64,000 nt of DNA from Candidatus Poribacteria bacterium (GTDB lineage: Bacteria; Poribacteria; WGA-4E; PCPOR2b). A program made the translations under genes and the position numbers. The first letter of the stretch is position 1. Each line of letters opens with the position of its first letter. The notes under the pieces were generated by a model. That model made no database searches. It was given only the letters and a program-made list of their open reading frames with translations, and was not told the DNA's origin. This document shows, one piece after another, positions 10,875-21,139 of this stretch. The stretch spans positions 2,432,001-2,496,000 of the forward strand of contig OZ242351.1 in the NCBI GenBank assembly GCA_965208675.1, given 5' to 3'.

Positions 10875-12698
10875 TTAAAACATCCCGTTAATCACTAGCA
10901 TAGCGCTGGTCTCGTCGCCCTGCTGAAATCCGGTTGCATACAGAACGTTCGTTTCGTCAATATAGGTATATTCGTTATATCCGAAAAAGTGTATGATTGA
11001 AAAATTTAGCCGAAACGCTCTGTTGAGGTCGTAACGGAACCCAGCGCCCCAATCCGACAAGTGCGCTCTGAAGTCAAACAATCTGAAGTTCTGCGGGTCA
11101 AATGCATCATTAATATAGTCGGTTCGAATGACATTAAAGTAGGCAAATGCTGAGGCTTCCCGGTAGGTGTAAGGGTTATGATTTCGGATGAGCGTAGCGT
11201 CAAATTGGACACGATCCTCCCAAAATACCTCAGTAGATTCGTCGTCCTGATTGAAAGTTCCTCTAAAGTCCTCAAAATCTCTCGCGCGGTAAAAACTCTC
11301 ATCGACAGATTTAAAGTAGGCAAGGTCGTTGGAAACTGCAAAACGCAAGTCTTCATTATAATCATAAGCTAACGTAGCCTTTAGACCGGTGCGATGGAGT
11401 CTGGCACGTCCGTCATAATCGGCTTTGTTGAAGAGATCGGCATCCAGATCGTCCCGATTATCTATTTCAATGTCATCTACATTGACAAGGTATTGCAAGC
11501 TGACTTCTGTCTGGAATGCAGACGAAATCAAGCCGGTTACCGGGGCGAACTGCCGAAACTTTAAAGTTTCGGTATCTATAAAATACAGGTTCCCGCTGTA
11601 ATCGATGCCTTTGAGTTTGAGATGCGCATGCTTCTCATTTTCCCGACTAAAACGAATTAGAATTCTTTCCGCAAATTGACCATCGGGGTGGAATCGTTGT
11701 ACACATCGGTAACGTGCACGAAAGACGCGGTAAGGATACCCGCCAAACTGAAATGGGTCGTACACCCGCCGAGGCAAATCAGACACAAAATCCTTTTTAT
11801 ATTTGGACTTATCTGCAACAAGAACCGACCCATCATCTATCGTTATGAGATGAAAAGGAGAGATAAACTGTCCAGCCCGATCGCCGTATTCTCCGAACGA
11901 CAGCGTATGCTTTCCATTTCCATCAAATTTCAACACAAGATGCGATGCTTCATCAACAATGTAAAGATTTCCCTGGCGGTCTACTGCCATGTCGGCGGCT
12001 TTTAATACCTGTCCCACACGCGGTTGGTCAGTATTAAAAGTCGTCACAGATTTGTCATGCGCCCCTAATTTGTAGATTTTCCCGGCATCGTATATGTATA
12101 AATTCTCGCGATTGTCAACTGCTAGTAGAAAAGAACGCTCTGTATCGCCTTGGGGAATAACTAGCGCGTAGTTCCCGTCGGCGTCAAGTCCCGGCACAGC
12201 CCTTTCGAGCCGCTGTATCCTTTTGCTATAATCTTGGATATGGTAGCTCGCCACGAACTCGCCGCTCGAATCAAATCGGTGGACGCACGGGCCGTAGTTA
12301 AAAATTTTGGGACGTTCCGCACCTCCACTATCATCATGAAGGATTTCACTGTCTACGATTTGCGTTATAGTCCAATCCATGACGTAGATAGATCGGTCTT
12401 CTCCAACTGCAATATCTGTGGGATATATAAAAGTGAATTTTTCCGGATCGGTTGACTTGATTTCAAAGATGAACTGCCCGTTGGCATCAAGCTTTTGAAT
12501 TCTTGCGTTATCGGTGTCAGTAACATAAATGCCCCCGTCCCGATCGAACGCGATGAACACGGTCTCGCCGAATTGACCTGCCTGTTTGCCTTTCCCCCCA
12601 AATCCCTTGACAAACTTAACTTCCTGGTGTGCTGAGACTATGGATTGAACCAACAGGCTCGCAAACAGCACCCAATATACGTTGCGAAATAATGTCAA
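10875..12698 (-). CDS. Secreted NHL-repeat protein with probable C-terminal beta-barrel
   Basis: Signal peptide; NHL repeats (GIYVTDTDNARIQKLD, GNLYIVDEASHLVLKFD); amphipathic aromatic strands; terminal Phe. Confidence 0.7.
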   Translation of the reverse strand: MTLFRNVYWVLFASLLVQSIVSAHQEVKFVKGFGGKGKQAGQFGETVFIAFDRDGGIYVTDTDNARIQKLDANGQFIFEIKSTDPEKFTFIYPTDIAVGEDRSIYVMDWTITQIVDSEILHDDSGGAERPKIFNYGPCVHRFDSSGEFVASYHIQDYSKRIQRLERAVPGLDADGNYALVIPQGDTERSFLLAVDNRENLYIYDAGKIYKLGAHDKSVTTFNTDQPRVGQVLKAADMAVDRQGNLYIVDEASHLVLKFDGNGKHTLSFGEYGDRAGQFISPFHLITIDDGSVLVADKSKYKKDFVSDLPRRVYDPFQFGGYPYRVFRARYRCVQRFHPDGQFAERILIRFSRENEKHAHLKLKGIDYSGNLYFIDTETLKFRQFAPVTGLISSAFQTEVSLQYLVNVDDIEIDNRDDLDADLFNKADYDGRARLHRTGLKATLAYDYNEDLRFAVSNDLAYFKSVDESFYRARDFEDFRGTFNQDDESTEVFWEDRVQFDATLIRNHNPYTYREASAFAYFNVIRTDYINDAFDPQNFRLFDFRAHLSDWGAGFRYDLNRAFRLNFSIIHFFGYNEYTYIDETNVLYATGFQQGDETSAMLVINGMF

Positions 12699-13150
12699 CG
12701 CTCACCTCTACTCGTATTAAAATCCTTCATATCAACCGTGTTACATGCCGTGTCTTTAATCTTGTCGAGCACTGCGTTAATGAATTTCGGCGAATCTTCT
12801 GTGCTATATTTTTTGGAAAGTTCAATTGCTTCATTTATGGATACTGTAGCGGGGATGTCAACAAGAAAAAGGATTTCATAGGTTGCACTTCTTAGGAGAC
12901 AGCGATCAACAACGGGCATTCGATGCACAGGCCAACTGCTTGCCGCCGCTTTGCGAATTGCCGGATCGATTTTAGTAAGGGACTTCAGCGTCCCTTCAAC
13001 AAGAAGATTGGCAAAGGTCTTAATCTCTGCCTTCGCCTTCGTTGTTTTCCAGAAACGCTCTTGAACAGCACCAATTGAATCGCTTGTCAAATCTGCCTGG
13101 TACAACATCTGAAGCGCGAATACTCTTGCTTGCCTGCGCGGTCTCATCAC
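12695..13150 (-). CDS. nusB: Transcription antitermination factor NusB
   Basis: RRQARVFALQMLYQ, VSINEAIELSKKY, FINAVLD. Confidence 0.95.
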   Translation of the reverse strand: MMRPRRQARVFALQMLYQADLTSDSIGAVQERFWKTTKAKAEIKTFANLLVEGTLKSLTKIDPAIRKAAASSWPVHRMPVVDRCLLRSATYEILFLVDIPATVSINEAIELSKKYSTEDSPKFINAVLDKIKDTACNTVDMKDFNTSRGER

Positions 13151-13198
13151 AATCGCTCACTCAATAGAATGTTCCAAATTTCCTACAATCAAAGTTAC

Positions 13199-13227
13199 AT
13201 TGTAGCAATCCGACGTTGCGATGTCAA
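13199..13227 (-). promoter_or_regulatory. sigma70-type promoter for nusB
   Basis: Minus strand TTGACA-17 nt-TACAAT. Confidence 0.65.
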
Positions 13228-13580
13228 TCAGTTTTACCTGTGCACAGTTGGGAACAGACGCACTCAAACAGTTTTCCATTCAGAATAACAGCGTCAGTAG
13301 GCGCGGTGAAAACCTTCTTGTTATCCGTGTGATTGATGGCGACACAGTTGTAGTGAGAAGCTGAGGTCTTCACACAAAATTATCCAATGGGTTTGCGTGT
13401 GCGGTTAATGTTCGGGCTTTCTCGCAGTGACCGATACGGCAGGCTGAAGGCTAATCTCTACCATGGTTTTGGCTGGAATGAGGATTTGATGCGGTTTGGA
13501 TTCGGCAGAACAGCACTAGGTAACATAGGAAGGCTGATGATGGGAGTGCGAATCTGAATGCGTGAGGTCTCCGATTGGGC

Positions 13581-13890
13581 TTACTTGCTTTTTTGAACAT
13601 TTATCACGATGTTTTCATTTAGCGCTTGCTCAAAATCCTCCATGGCTTTCAATGCTAAAGCCGTTTAGCGACTAACGTGCACGTTCTTATCTGCTGATTC
13701 CTGAATCAATGCCGGCACTGCTGCTTCGCCAATTTAGATGAGGGATTCAGCCGCGCTGTCTCGGACATCCGCAGCCGTATGTTCAAGTTTCTGAATTTAT
13801 GATGCGATGTCCTTACCTTGAGCATGAGATACAATGCTCGCCACGCGCCGAATATAGACATATAAGTACACCCCGATTGTGCTTGTTCAT
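13581..13890 (-). pseudogene. Decayed paralog of secreted HEAT-repeat protein 36189-37307
   Basis: Hand translation MNKHNRGVLICLY/fs/VASIVSHAQGKDIAS*IQKLEHTAADVRDSAAESLI*IGEAAVPALI matches MNKHKRTLLICLYLVSMASIVSHAHNENIASLIQQFEHADVDVQDSASKALTEIGEAAVPALI. Confidence 0.85.
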
Positions 13891-13909
13891 TGTTATTGAA
13901 CTCCTTTAA

Positions 13910-14983
13910 CTAGAGCGGGGCTGCTCTAGTTGTAAAGGGAAAATTATAGAGTAACTGTTGTCCTACCCTGTCTTCTGCGTCTATCTTAACATCATATTTT
14001 GTTGAATAATCTAATTGCTCAATTCCGACAAACTTCCAAGTAGCAATACCAGAGCAGCCTTTGATTGTTTCATTGTGAATACGAGCGGGACTAAGTGTTA
14101 TTGCAGGGGTAATCTCACAGAAGGCTTCTGCCATTGGTCTGTCAAAAACAACGTGAATTATTCGTGTGTTTTCTGGGTCAACGTCTCGCCCTATTGGGTA
14201 ATGTTCAACGATTCGCGGCGCGGTGATGTCAAAATCCGGCATCCAATACCAACCTACAAAAGAAAGTGGCTGCACATTATAATTTACGTTTAGAAAATCA
14301 CTTATGACTAATGATCCCACATTGATTAGGTTATCTGTGTCGTCGGGTTCAAGAAATCCAAATTGTCGCCGGCATTGATTCCATGTAATGACATCAGTCG
14401 GTTCTGTTTCTTGCAGTTGAATCCGCTAGTTACCAAACAAAATACGGCCAGAGTTTGGGATAATTGGTTCATTGAAGGTGATACGAAACTCTTGCGTAAG
14501 GGCGTCTAGTTCGACCGGTCTCGAGCGCTGAACGCTTGGCTTTGGATAGACTGCTATCACACGCGGGGAGTTACTCTGTAAATCTAAGGTTACTTTAAGC
14601 GTGTCTTTATGGATGCCGGCTTCATCTTCGTAGATTACCATTAAAACCACTTCCCTGTCAGGACTCCTCTCTATTTGAAGATTCCACACGTCTTCTAAGC
14701 GGTTGCTGTCTAGTTTCCAAACCGTTGCCGGCGGTTCTCCACTGGGTCGGGCTTTAGTAGAATGATTGATGTTCACCGCCAGAACAGGCTTATCAAAGTA
14801 AAGTTCAATTATTGTAGAAGTCTTAATTATGCCACTACCATGTAGTGGCAGCCAGTAGTGCTTGAACGTACCCTGATCAAAACCAAGGGCATCTATCAGC
14901 CGTGCAGGTTGCAATTCCTCTTCCGCGGAGCAGCTCATGAGCAGACAAAATACACAAAAGAGCGTTAAACTTTTCAACAGCAT
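13910..14983 (-). pseudogene. Ig-like-domain lipoprotein interrupted by one in-frame TAG (14426-14428)
   Basis: ORFs 14426-14983 and 13910-14320 share a frame. Read-through ILFGN*RIQLQETEPTDVITWNQC matches paralog 15813. Lipobox LMSC. Confidence 0.85.
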
Positions 14984-14995
14984 GTCAAAATTCCT

Positions 14996-15793
14996 TTAAT
15001 CCGCCGTTTGGAATGTAATCACAAGAGGAGCATCCCTCTTTGTACCCCCAGCGCTATAAAGAGCCAATAGGTGGATTTCGTATTCACGCCCCGGCAATAA
15101 CCTAGCACCTTTACTTTCGGGCAACAGGATCGCCGTCTCGATTCTATCTGTCCAATACACTTTCCAATTAAGTTTCCATCGACCACTGTAAACTTCTATC
15201 CGGGTTCGGTGAGGATCTATCCGATTGCTGAAGCTAATCCTTATCCCTTCTTGGTTTAATTGATTGGCGTCGGCGTCAATCTGATTATTCGATACATTCG
15301 AGGAATCAATCGTTGGTGGTTCTGGGCCTAGCTCGTAATTGCCTAACGCGACTTTAAACGTTTCTTGATGCAAACCGGTTTTATCTTCATAGATTACCGT
15401 AAAAGGCACATTCTTTTTGGGAGTGCGGAAATAGGGTAAAGATGGCAGATTGAGTTCGCCAACTTTTACTATCCAAATCGTCGTCGGCGGTATGCCGTTA
15501 GGTCTTGCGTAACCAAGCACGTTATCCACATCAATAATCACCTGCGACACAGCTTTGTCAAACACAAGTTCTGCCCAATCTTGAAGCGCAAGTACCTCAT
15601 CCCCCTTGCCGTCGGGAAAATGCCAATCTCTAGTGTCTTGATAGTGATTGTCACTGGTGACTTTCATTAACCGCGCAGGTTGTATTTCAGGCATTACTTG
15701 TATGCCCTCATCTGAACAGCTTAGGAACAAAAACAGCACACAACATGGCATGGTGATTTTCAGTAACAACTCAAAAAACCTTGCGAATTTCAT
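14996..15793 (-). CDS. Ig-like-domain lipoprotein (array family, domains A+B)
   Basis: Lipobox FLSC; QPARL..ELVFDK..YEDKTGLH domain plus EGIRISF..IEVYSG..LLPGREYE domain. Confidence 0.8.
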   Translation of the reverse strand: MKFARFFELLLKITMPCCVLFLFLSCSDEGIQVMPEIQPARLMKVTSDNHYQDTRDWHFPDGKGDEVLALQDWAELVFDKAVSQVIIDVDNVLGYARPNGIPPTTIWIVKVGELNLPSLPYFRTPKKNVPFTVIYEDKTGLHQETFKVALGNYELGPEPPTIDSSNVSNNQIDADANQLNQEGIRISFSNRIDPHRTRIEVYSGRWKLNWKVYWTDRIETAILLPESKGARLLPGREYEIHLLALYSAGGTKRDAPLVITFQTAD

Positions 15794-15812
15794 TGTTTTT
15801 TCCCTCCTTTAG

Positions 15813-16892
15813 CTAGAACGGGGCTGCTCTAGTTGTAAAGGAATAATCGAATGCAGACGTACCGGCGAAATCTTCTACTTCAATTTTAACATCATATTTT
15901 GTAGAGTAATTTAACTGCTCAGTGCCGACAAATTCCCAAATAACAACACCAGTGCAGCTTTTGATGCTATCATTTTCAATATGAGCCGGACTCAATGTTA
16001 TTGCGGGGGCAATTTGACAAATCGCTGAGTACACTGACCTGTTGAATACCACGCGAATAAACCGTGTGGTTTCCGGGTCAACGTCCTGTCCTATTGGGTA
16101 GTATTCAAAGACTTTTGCAGGGCCAGGGTCAAAATTTGGCATTCTATACCACCCGACATAAGGGCGAGGCTGGACATCTCCATTTACATTCTGAAAATCA
16201 CGAATGGCCATTGAACCAATATTGTCCAGAAAAAATGGTCGGTAGCATTGATTCCATGTAATGGTATCAGTCGCTTCGGTCTCTTGTAGTTGAATAGTCG
16301 CAATATAAGGACTAGTGCCAAACAGGATACGACCTGAGTTTGGTATGATTGGCTCGTTGAAGGTGATACGAAATTCTTGCCTTGGAACTTCTCGATAGGT
16401 TATGTCAACCGCTTCAGTGCGTTGAGCACCGGGAGGGGGATCGACTGCTATCACACGAGGGGAGTCACTCTGTAAATCTAAGGTAACGTCTAGCGTGTCT
16501 TTATGGATGCCGGTTTCATCTTCGTAAATTATCATCAAGGTCACTTTCTTGTTTCGGCGATTCCACACGCCCTCTAAGCGATTGCTTTCCAGTCTCCAAA
16601 TCGTCGGCGGCGGCATTTCATCGGGTTGGGCTTTAGCCGAATAATTGATGCTTACCTCCAGAACAGGTTTATCAAAGACAAGCTCAATTATTGTAGTAGT
16701 CCCAATTATGCCAGGAAGCGGAAAGGAATCCTGTGGCGTATCTCTGTCATAGCCACGGGCTTCTATCAACCGCGCTGGCTGCAATTCCTCCTCCGTTGAG
16801 CAACCGATGAGCGAACACAAGCAAAGTAAGAGCGTTGTGGCATTTAGCTGGCTTATATCCCCCAAACCACCGATATATCGTGAATTAGCCAA
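15813..16892 (-). CDS. Ig-like-domain lipoprotein (domains A+C+D); 5' end apparently truncated
   Basis: Lipobox LIGC, paralog of 13910-14983. The usual MKF..R leader is absent and the only in-frame starts overlap the upstream gene. Confidence 0.7.
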   Translation of the reverse strand: MANSRYIGGLGDISQLNATTLLLCLCSLIGCSTEEELQPARLIEARGYDRDTPQDSFPLPGIIGTTTIIELVFDKPVLEVSINYSAKAQPDEMPPPTIWRLESNRLEGVWNRRNKKVTLMIIYEDETGIHKDTLDVTLDLQSDSPRVIAVDPPPGAQRTEAVDITYREVPRQEFRITFNEPIIPNSGRILFGTSPYIATIQLQETEATDTITWNQCYRPFFLDNIGSMAIRDFQNVNGDVQPRPYVGWYRMPNFDPGPAKVFEYYPIGQDVDPETTRFIRVVFNRSVYSAICQIAPAITLSPAHIENDSIKSCTGVVIWEFVGTEQLNYSTKYDVKIEVEDFAGTSAFDYSFTTRAAPF

Positions 16893-17494
16893 GAATTATC
16901 CTCTCTAATAAGTAAGACGTAATAACCTGCTCCCGATAAGAGATTGGTACTATTTCCAACGTAAACAAGCGCTTGAGTTCCCCCGGTATCAAAACCGATT
17001 CTCGAAAACTGCATAACCCCTTGAGCACCAGGAAATTTATCATAATAGCGATTCCAGCTATCGTTTATGCTGTCTATTAACTGGTCAATTTCTACATCAT
17101 TGCGAGGAAAGCATTCCCGAAGCTCTTGTTGCCCAAGGATTTTACACGGGACGCTGAGCGCAAGTTGTGCGCAATCAAGTGTTACAGATTGGCGATTGCG
17201 GCTTTCAACACTATTGAATGTCTCTGGAAACACGTTGATGTCGCGCGGTTTATAGAAGTCGGCATCAATAATCAAACTGGAATCAAACACTGTATCGCTT
17301 TCAATGACAATGAGTTTAATATCATCGCGAACATACATGTATTCTATCAATGCTCGGTAGACCGCGTACTCTGTCTCGCTTGTTATTACAAAGGGTTCAC
17401 CGCTGTCATCTGAACAACTTGCTAACGCCAGATAGAACACGAATAACGCGATAGACGACTTTCGAATGATGTAAGTCAGTTGCTGTATCCTCAC
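16853..17494 (-). CDS. Lipoprotein of unknown function (paralog of 17509-18141)
   Basis: Lipobox LASC; ETEYAVYRALIE and FSRIGFDTGGTQALVYVGN shared with neighbour. Confidence 0.75.
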   Translation of the reverse strand: MRIQQLTYIIRKSSIALFVFYLALASCSDDSGEPFVITSETEYAVYRALIEYMYVRDDIKLIVIESDTVFDSSLIIDADFYKPRDINVFPETFNSVESRNRQSVTLDCAQLALSVPCKILGQQELRECFPRNDVEIDQLIDSINDSWNRYYDKFPGAQGVMQFSRIGFDTGGTQALVYVGNSTNLLSGAGYYVLLIREDNSWLIHDISVVWGI

Positions 17495-17508
17495 GTTTCT
17501 CCTTTAAC

Positions 17509-18141
17509 TCATGAAATCCAAAGCTCTGATATGTCGCGGATGACCCAAGTATTATCATCCTTTCTAACTAGCACGATGTAAAATCCTGCACCCGCTGTGT
17601 CAAAAGCTTGGTTGCCCACGTAGACGAGAGCTTGGCGTCCTTCGGTATCGAATCCGATTTTCGAAAGTTGCATAATCCCTTGTGCGCCGGGATAAATTTC
17701 ATAGAAGAGTAACCATTGGGACATCGGAGTCTCAAATTCTCTGTCGCCACGAGAGAAAAATTGTTGAACGTCTTGTCGATCAAGGATTTTACACGGGACG
17801 CTGAGCGCTAGTTTTGTGCAATCGAGCGTTTCAGATTGGCGGTTTCGGTTCTGAAAACTGTTGAATGTATTTAGCGAAACCACAAGATCTAGTGGTTTAT
17901 CCGATGTATTATAAAAGACTGCGCGTGCAGCGGTGTATGGGCGCAATTCAAAATCCAACACGGTTTTACTTTCAATGACAATCAGTTTAATGTCATTGTC
18001 AACGTACAGACCTTCAATCAACGCTCGGTAAACTGCGTACTCGGTCTCGGTAGTAATCATGAAGGGTTCGTCATAGTCTTCCGAGCAATTTGCGAACGCA
18101 AGAACGGCTATAAGAAACAGAAAATTCAACAGTATTTTCAT
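17509..18141 (-). CDS. Lipoprotein of unknown function (paralog of 16853-17494)
   Basis: Lipobox FANC; GGAGG RBS; strong similarity to neighbour. Confidence 0.75.
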   Translation of the reverse strand: MKILLNFLFLIAVLAFANCSEDYDEPFMITTETEYAVYRALIEGLYVDNDIKLIVIESKTVLDFELRPYTAARAVFYNTSDKPLDLVVSLNTFNSFQNRNRQSETLDCTKLALSVPCKILDRQDVQQFFSRGDREFETPMSQWLLFYEIYPGAQGIMQLSKIGFDTEGRQALVYVGNQAFDTAGAGFYIVLVRKDDNTWVIRDISELWIS

Positions 18142-18190
18142 CTTTCCTCCATGATATTAGAGATGGGTTTCCGCTGTCCATCACCGCATT

Positions 18191-18961
18191 TTACTGGTTT
18201 GCGGTCCAAAATCGAATCACAAAAGCCCCTTCTGCCGCCCCTCGTCCAAGTCCTGTCATATCATAATGGGAAAGCAGACGGACTTCATAGGGGCGCCCCG
18301 GTAAGAGCCGGTCATCTTCACTTTTAGGAAACAGGATAGCTGTCTCATAATCCTCTGTCCAATTGATTTCCCAACGCAGTATCATTCGACCGCTGTAAAC
18401 GACAATTCGGGTTCGTTGGGTGTCCATCGTCCTGTCGAATCCAATCTTAATCCCTTCTCTGTTCAAGCGCGCGGCGTCCACATTGACCTCACCCACCTGT
18501 GGATCGCCAGATATTATCGCAGAGGGGAACACGTCAACACTGTAAGCCGCTAACGTTACATCTAGCTTTTCTGAATGGACGCCGGCCTCATCTTCGTAAT
18601 TTATGGTCAAAATTACGCTTGCATTGAACCCTGTTTTGCCATCCCACACGTCTAATCGACTGCTGTCCAGCGTCCAAACCGCTGCGGGTGGGGTTTCATC
18701 GGATTCAGCGTTGACGCTATTGATGCTTACGCGACGCACAGGTTCATCAAAAGTAAGCTCGATTATCGAGGAGAACCAAATCGCACCACGACCATTTTCG
18801 TGAAACGGATAAGATCTCAAGGAATCCACATCAAAGGCACGGGCGTTTACCAGATGCGCTGGTTGCTTGTCCTGATCCGCAGAGCAGCCAATGAGCAAAG
18901 ACAGAAAGCAAAAAATCGCCGTACTACCCATCAGGATATCGCCATTTCTTGTGAATTTCAT
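18191..18961 (-). CDS. Ig-like-domain lipoprotein (domains A+B)
   Basis: MKFTRNGD leader, lipobox LIGC, family motifs. Confidence 0.8.
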   Translation of the reverse strand: MKFTRNGDILMGSTAIFCFLSLLIGCSADQDKQPAHLVNARAFDVDSLRSYPFHENGRGAIWFSSIIELTFDEPVRRVSINSVNAESDETPPAAVWTLDSSRLDVWDGKTGFNASVILTINYEDEAGVHSEKLDVTLAAYSVDVFPSAIISGDPQVGEVNVDAARLNREGIKIGFDRTMDTQRTRIVVYSGRMILRWEINWTEDYETAILFPKSEDDRLLPGRPYEVRLLSHYDMTGLGRGAAEGAFVIRFWTANQ

Positions 18962-19010
18962 CGTGTTTGACCTCCTTTAACACTCTCCCAAGTTGCTGCA
19001 CGACCGGTAA

Positions 19011-19796
19011 CTAGCTCGCCATCCTAAATTTGATTACGACAGGCACGTTTCCCCTTGCGCCCCCAGAGCTATAAAATTCTACCAGATAGATTTCATATTC
19101 ATGACCCGGTAGAAACCAATCATCTTCACTTTCAGGCAACAATATAGCCATCCTATTATCCTCCGTCCATTTGATTTCCCAATTCAGTATCACTTGACCG
19201 TTGTACGCGAAAACGACAATTCGGGTTCGTTGGGTATCCATTGTCTTGTCGAAACCAATCTTTATCCCTTCTCTGTTCAGCTTATTGGCATCTAGATCGA
19301 TTCTAGTCTCTGGATTTACAGATTTAATCTCTGGAGGCGGCTTCTCAATACTGTAAGCTCCAATCCTCACATCGATCGTTTCTGTATGGACGCCATCTTC
19401 ATCTTCGTAGTCTATCACCAAGGTCACATTGCGTGACGGATTCCACCCTATTTGGCGTTTCCACACGTTCAGTTGGGCGGTGTCCAGCGTCCAAACAAAC
19501 GCAGGCGACAATCCATCGGATTCAGCGTTGACACTATTGATGCTCACTTGATGAACGGGTTTATCAAAGAGAAGCTCTATCATCATGAAATACCAAAGTA
19601 CGCCACGGCGGTTTAGTGGAAGCGAAGAGGAATGCCCCGTATTCCTATCATACGCACGGGCTCTAATAAGCTCGGCTGGTATAATATCTTCAGTCTCATC
19701 ATTCGTTGGAGCCGTTGAGCAGGCCATGAGCAAACACAGCCCATAAACCAGCATTAAACCTTTCAACAGCATTGAGTCAAACCTTGTTACCTTCAT
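19011..19796 (-). CDS. Ig-like-domain lipoprotein (domains A+B)
   Basis: MKVTRFDSMLL leader, lipobox LMAC, family motifs. Confidence 0.8.
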   Translation of the reverse strand: MKVTRFDSMLLKGLMLVYGLCLLMACSTAPTNDETEDIIPAELIRARAYDRNTGHSSSLPLNRRGVLWYFMMIELLFDKPVHQVSINSVNAESDGLSPAFVWTLDTAQLNVWKRQIGWNPSRNVTLVIDYEDEDGVHTETIDVRIGAYSIEKPPPEIKSVNPETRIDLDANKLNREGIKIGFDKTMDTQRTRIVVFAYNGQVILNWEIKWTEDNRMAILLPESEDDWFLPGHEYEIYLVEFYSSGGARGNVPVVIKFRMAS

Positions 19797-20252
19797 TGTC
19801 ACCCTTTAATGCCGTCCATACCGGTTGCACTATTTGAGAGTTGAGAATCATCATTTCAGCTCATTTACGTATGTTTTCATCGGTTATTGTGACAATCAAA
19901 TCATCGGTCGAAATGTGGTCAAGCGCAATGAGGGCTTGAAGCGCTGATTCACGTATGGATTCATCGTCGTCAGACAATAGCTCCTTAATTATTGGAATCG
20001 CACCGTCTACCTTAACATTCTTTATATAGCCATCCAATCCAATTACCAAAGAGCTGTTGTCTGACGACGATGAATTCATACCAAATTTTGCGATGGTAGA
20101 AAGAACGCGATTTTGAACATAATGATGTTCAGACCGAAGCAGTGCGGATATTGCGGGCGGATTTATGTGTGACAGCCTGGAAATAATGTTGCCATGAAAC
20201 GTCGAATCAAAATTGATTTCATCTGGATACCATGTTGTTTCTAACACCTTTA

Positions 20253-21139
20253 GAGCCTGTTTGAAAAGTCATTTGATTCGATTTTGCATTAAGTAAATGG
20301 AAGCGATGTACACCATAGTCTCAGCAGTCCTAGGATAGCGTTCATAATCCAAAGTCAATCGACGAAACCAACCAAGCCAAGAAAATGTGCGCTCAACAAT
20401 CCATCGTAACGGGATAACTTCAAACTTCTCCCGTCCTAGCGTAGATGCAATCTCCAGTTGACATTGATGAGCAAAATATAACCAGTCTTCCAATTCTCCA
20501 CGATAGGCGGCATCGGCACACACCAACTGAATGGTTATGTACCAGCTAAACACTTCTGTTAGTAACTCGATAGCAATCTGATTATCACTGACATTCGCGT
20601 CAGTGACTTTGACCATCAATGGAATACCCGTCGTATCCGTTACTAGATGTCGTTTGCGTCCTTTGACCTTCTTGTGACCATCAAAACCGCGAGTCGTCGC
20701 CAGTTCAGTTGTCTTAATGGATTGGCTGTCAATGATAGCTGCTGTCGGTGATGGTTCTTTGCCACCATCACAGCGTGATTGTTCGTGAAGTGCCTGATGA
20801 ATCAAGAGCCATGTATTGTCGGCTTCCCACTTCCTAAAATGGTAATAGACGGTTTGCCACGGTGGCATATCGTATGGTAGCATTCGCCACTGGCAACCGG
20901 ACTTGACGACATAAAAGATGGCATGGACAATTAAGTACATCTCCCATTTTAGAGGTCTACCTAATGGTTGAGGGGTTGGCAGAAACGCTGACAGTTTCTG
21001 CCATTGTACATCGGTCAAATCACTAGGATAACGTTTTCGGTTCATGTTTACTCCCTTCATTGGTTCGGAATCAACTGCTCCAGTGAGTAAACGTAAACAT
21101 CAACCGTTCAGACATCTTTTTTCTTTTTCAAACAGGCTC
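20253..21139 (-). mobile_element. IS5-family (IS1031-like) insertion sequence, 887 bp
   Basis: Perfect 15-bp IRs GAGCCTGTTTGAAAA (20253-20267 / 21125-21139); 3-bp TTA target duplication (20250-20252, 21140-21142). Confidence 0.93.
20269..21060 (-). CDS. IS5-family transposase
   Basis: YPSDLTD..W, GCQWRMLP, IIDSQS, KKVKGRKRH, RWIVERTFSWL..RRL..DYE. Confidence 0.95.
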   Translation of the reverse strand: MKGVNMNRKRYPSDLTDVQWQKLSAFLPTPQPLGRPLKWEMYLIVHAIFYVVKSGCQWRMLPYDMPPWQTVYYHFRKWEADNTWLLIHQALHEQSRCDGGKEPSPTAAIIDSQSIKTTELATTRGFDGHKKVKGRKRHLVTDTTGIPLMVKVTDANVSDNQIAIELLTEVFSWYITIQLVCADAAYRGELEDWLYFAHQCQLEIASTLGREKFEVIPLRWIVERTFSWLGWFRRLTLDYERYPRTAETMVYIASIYLMQNRIK

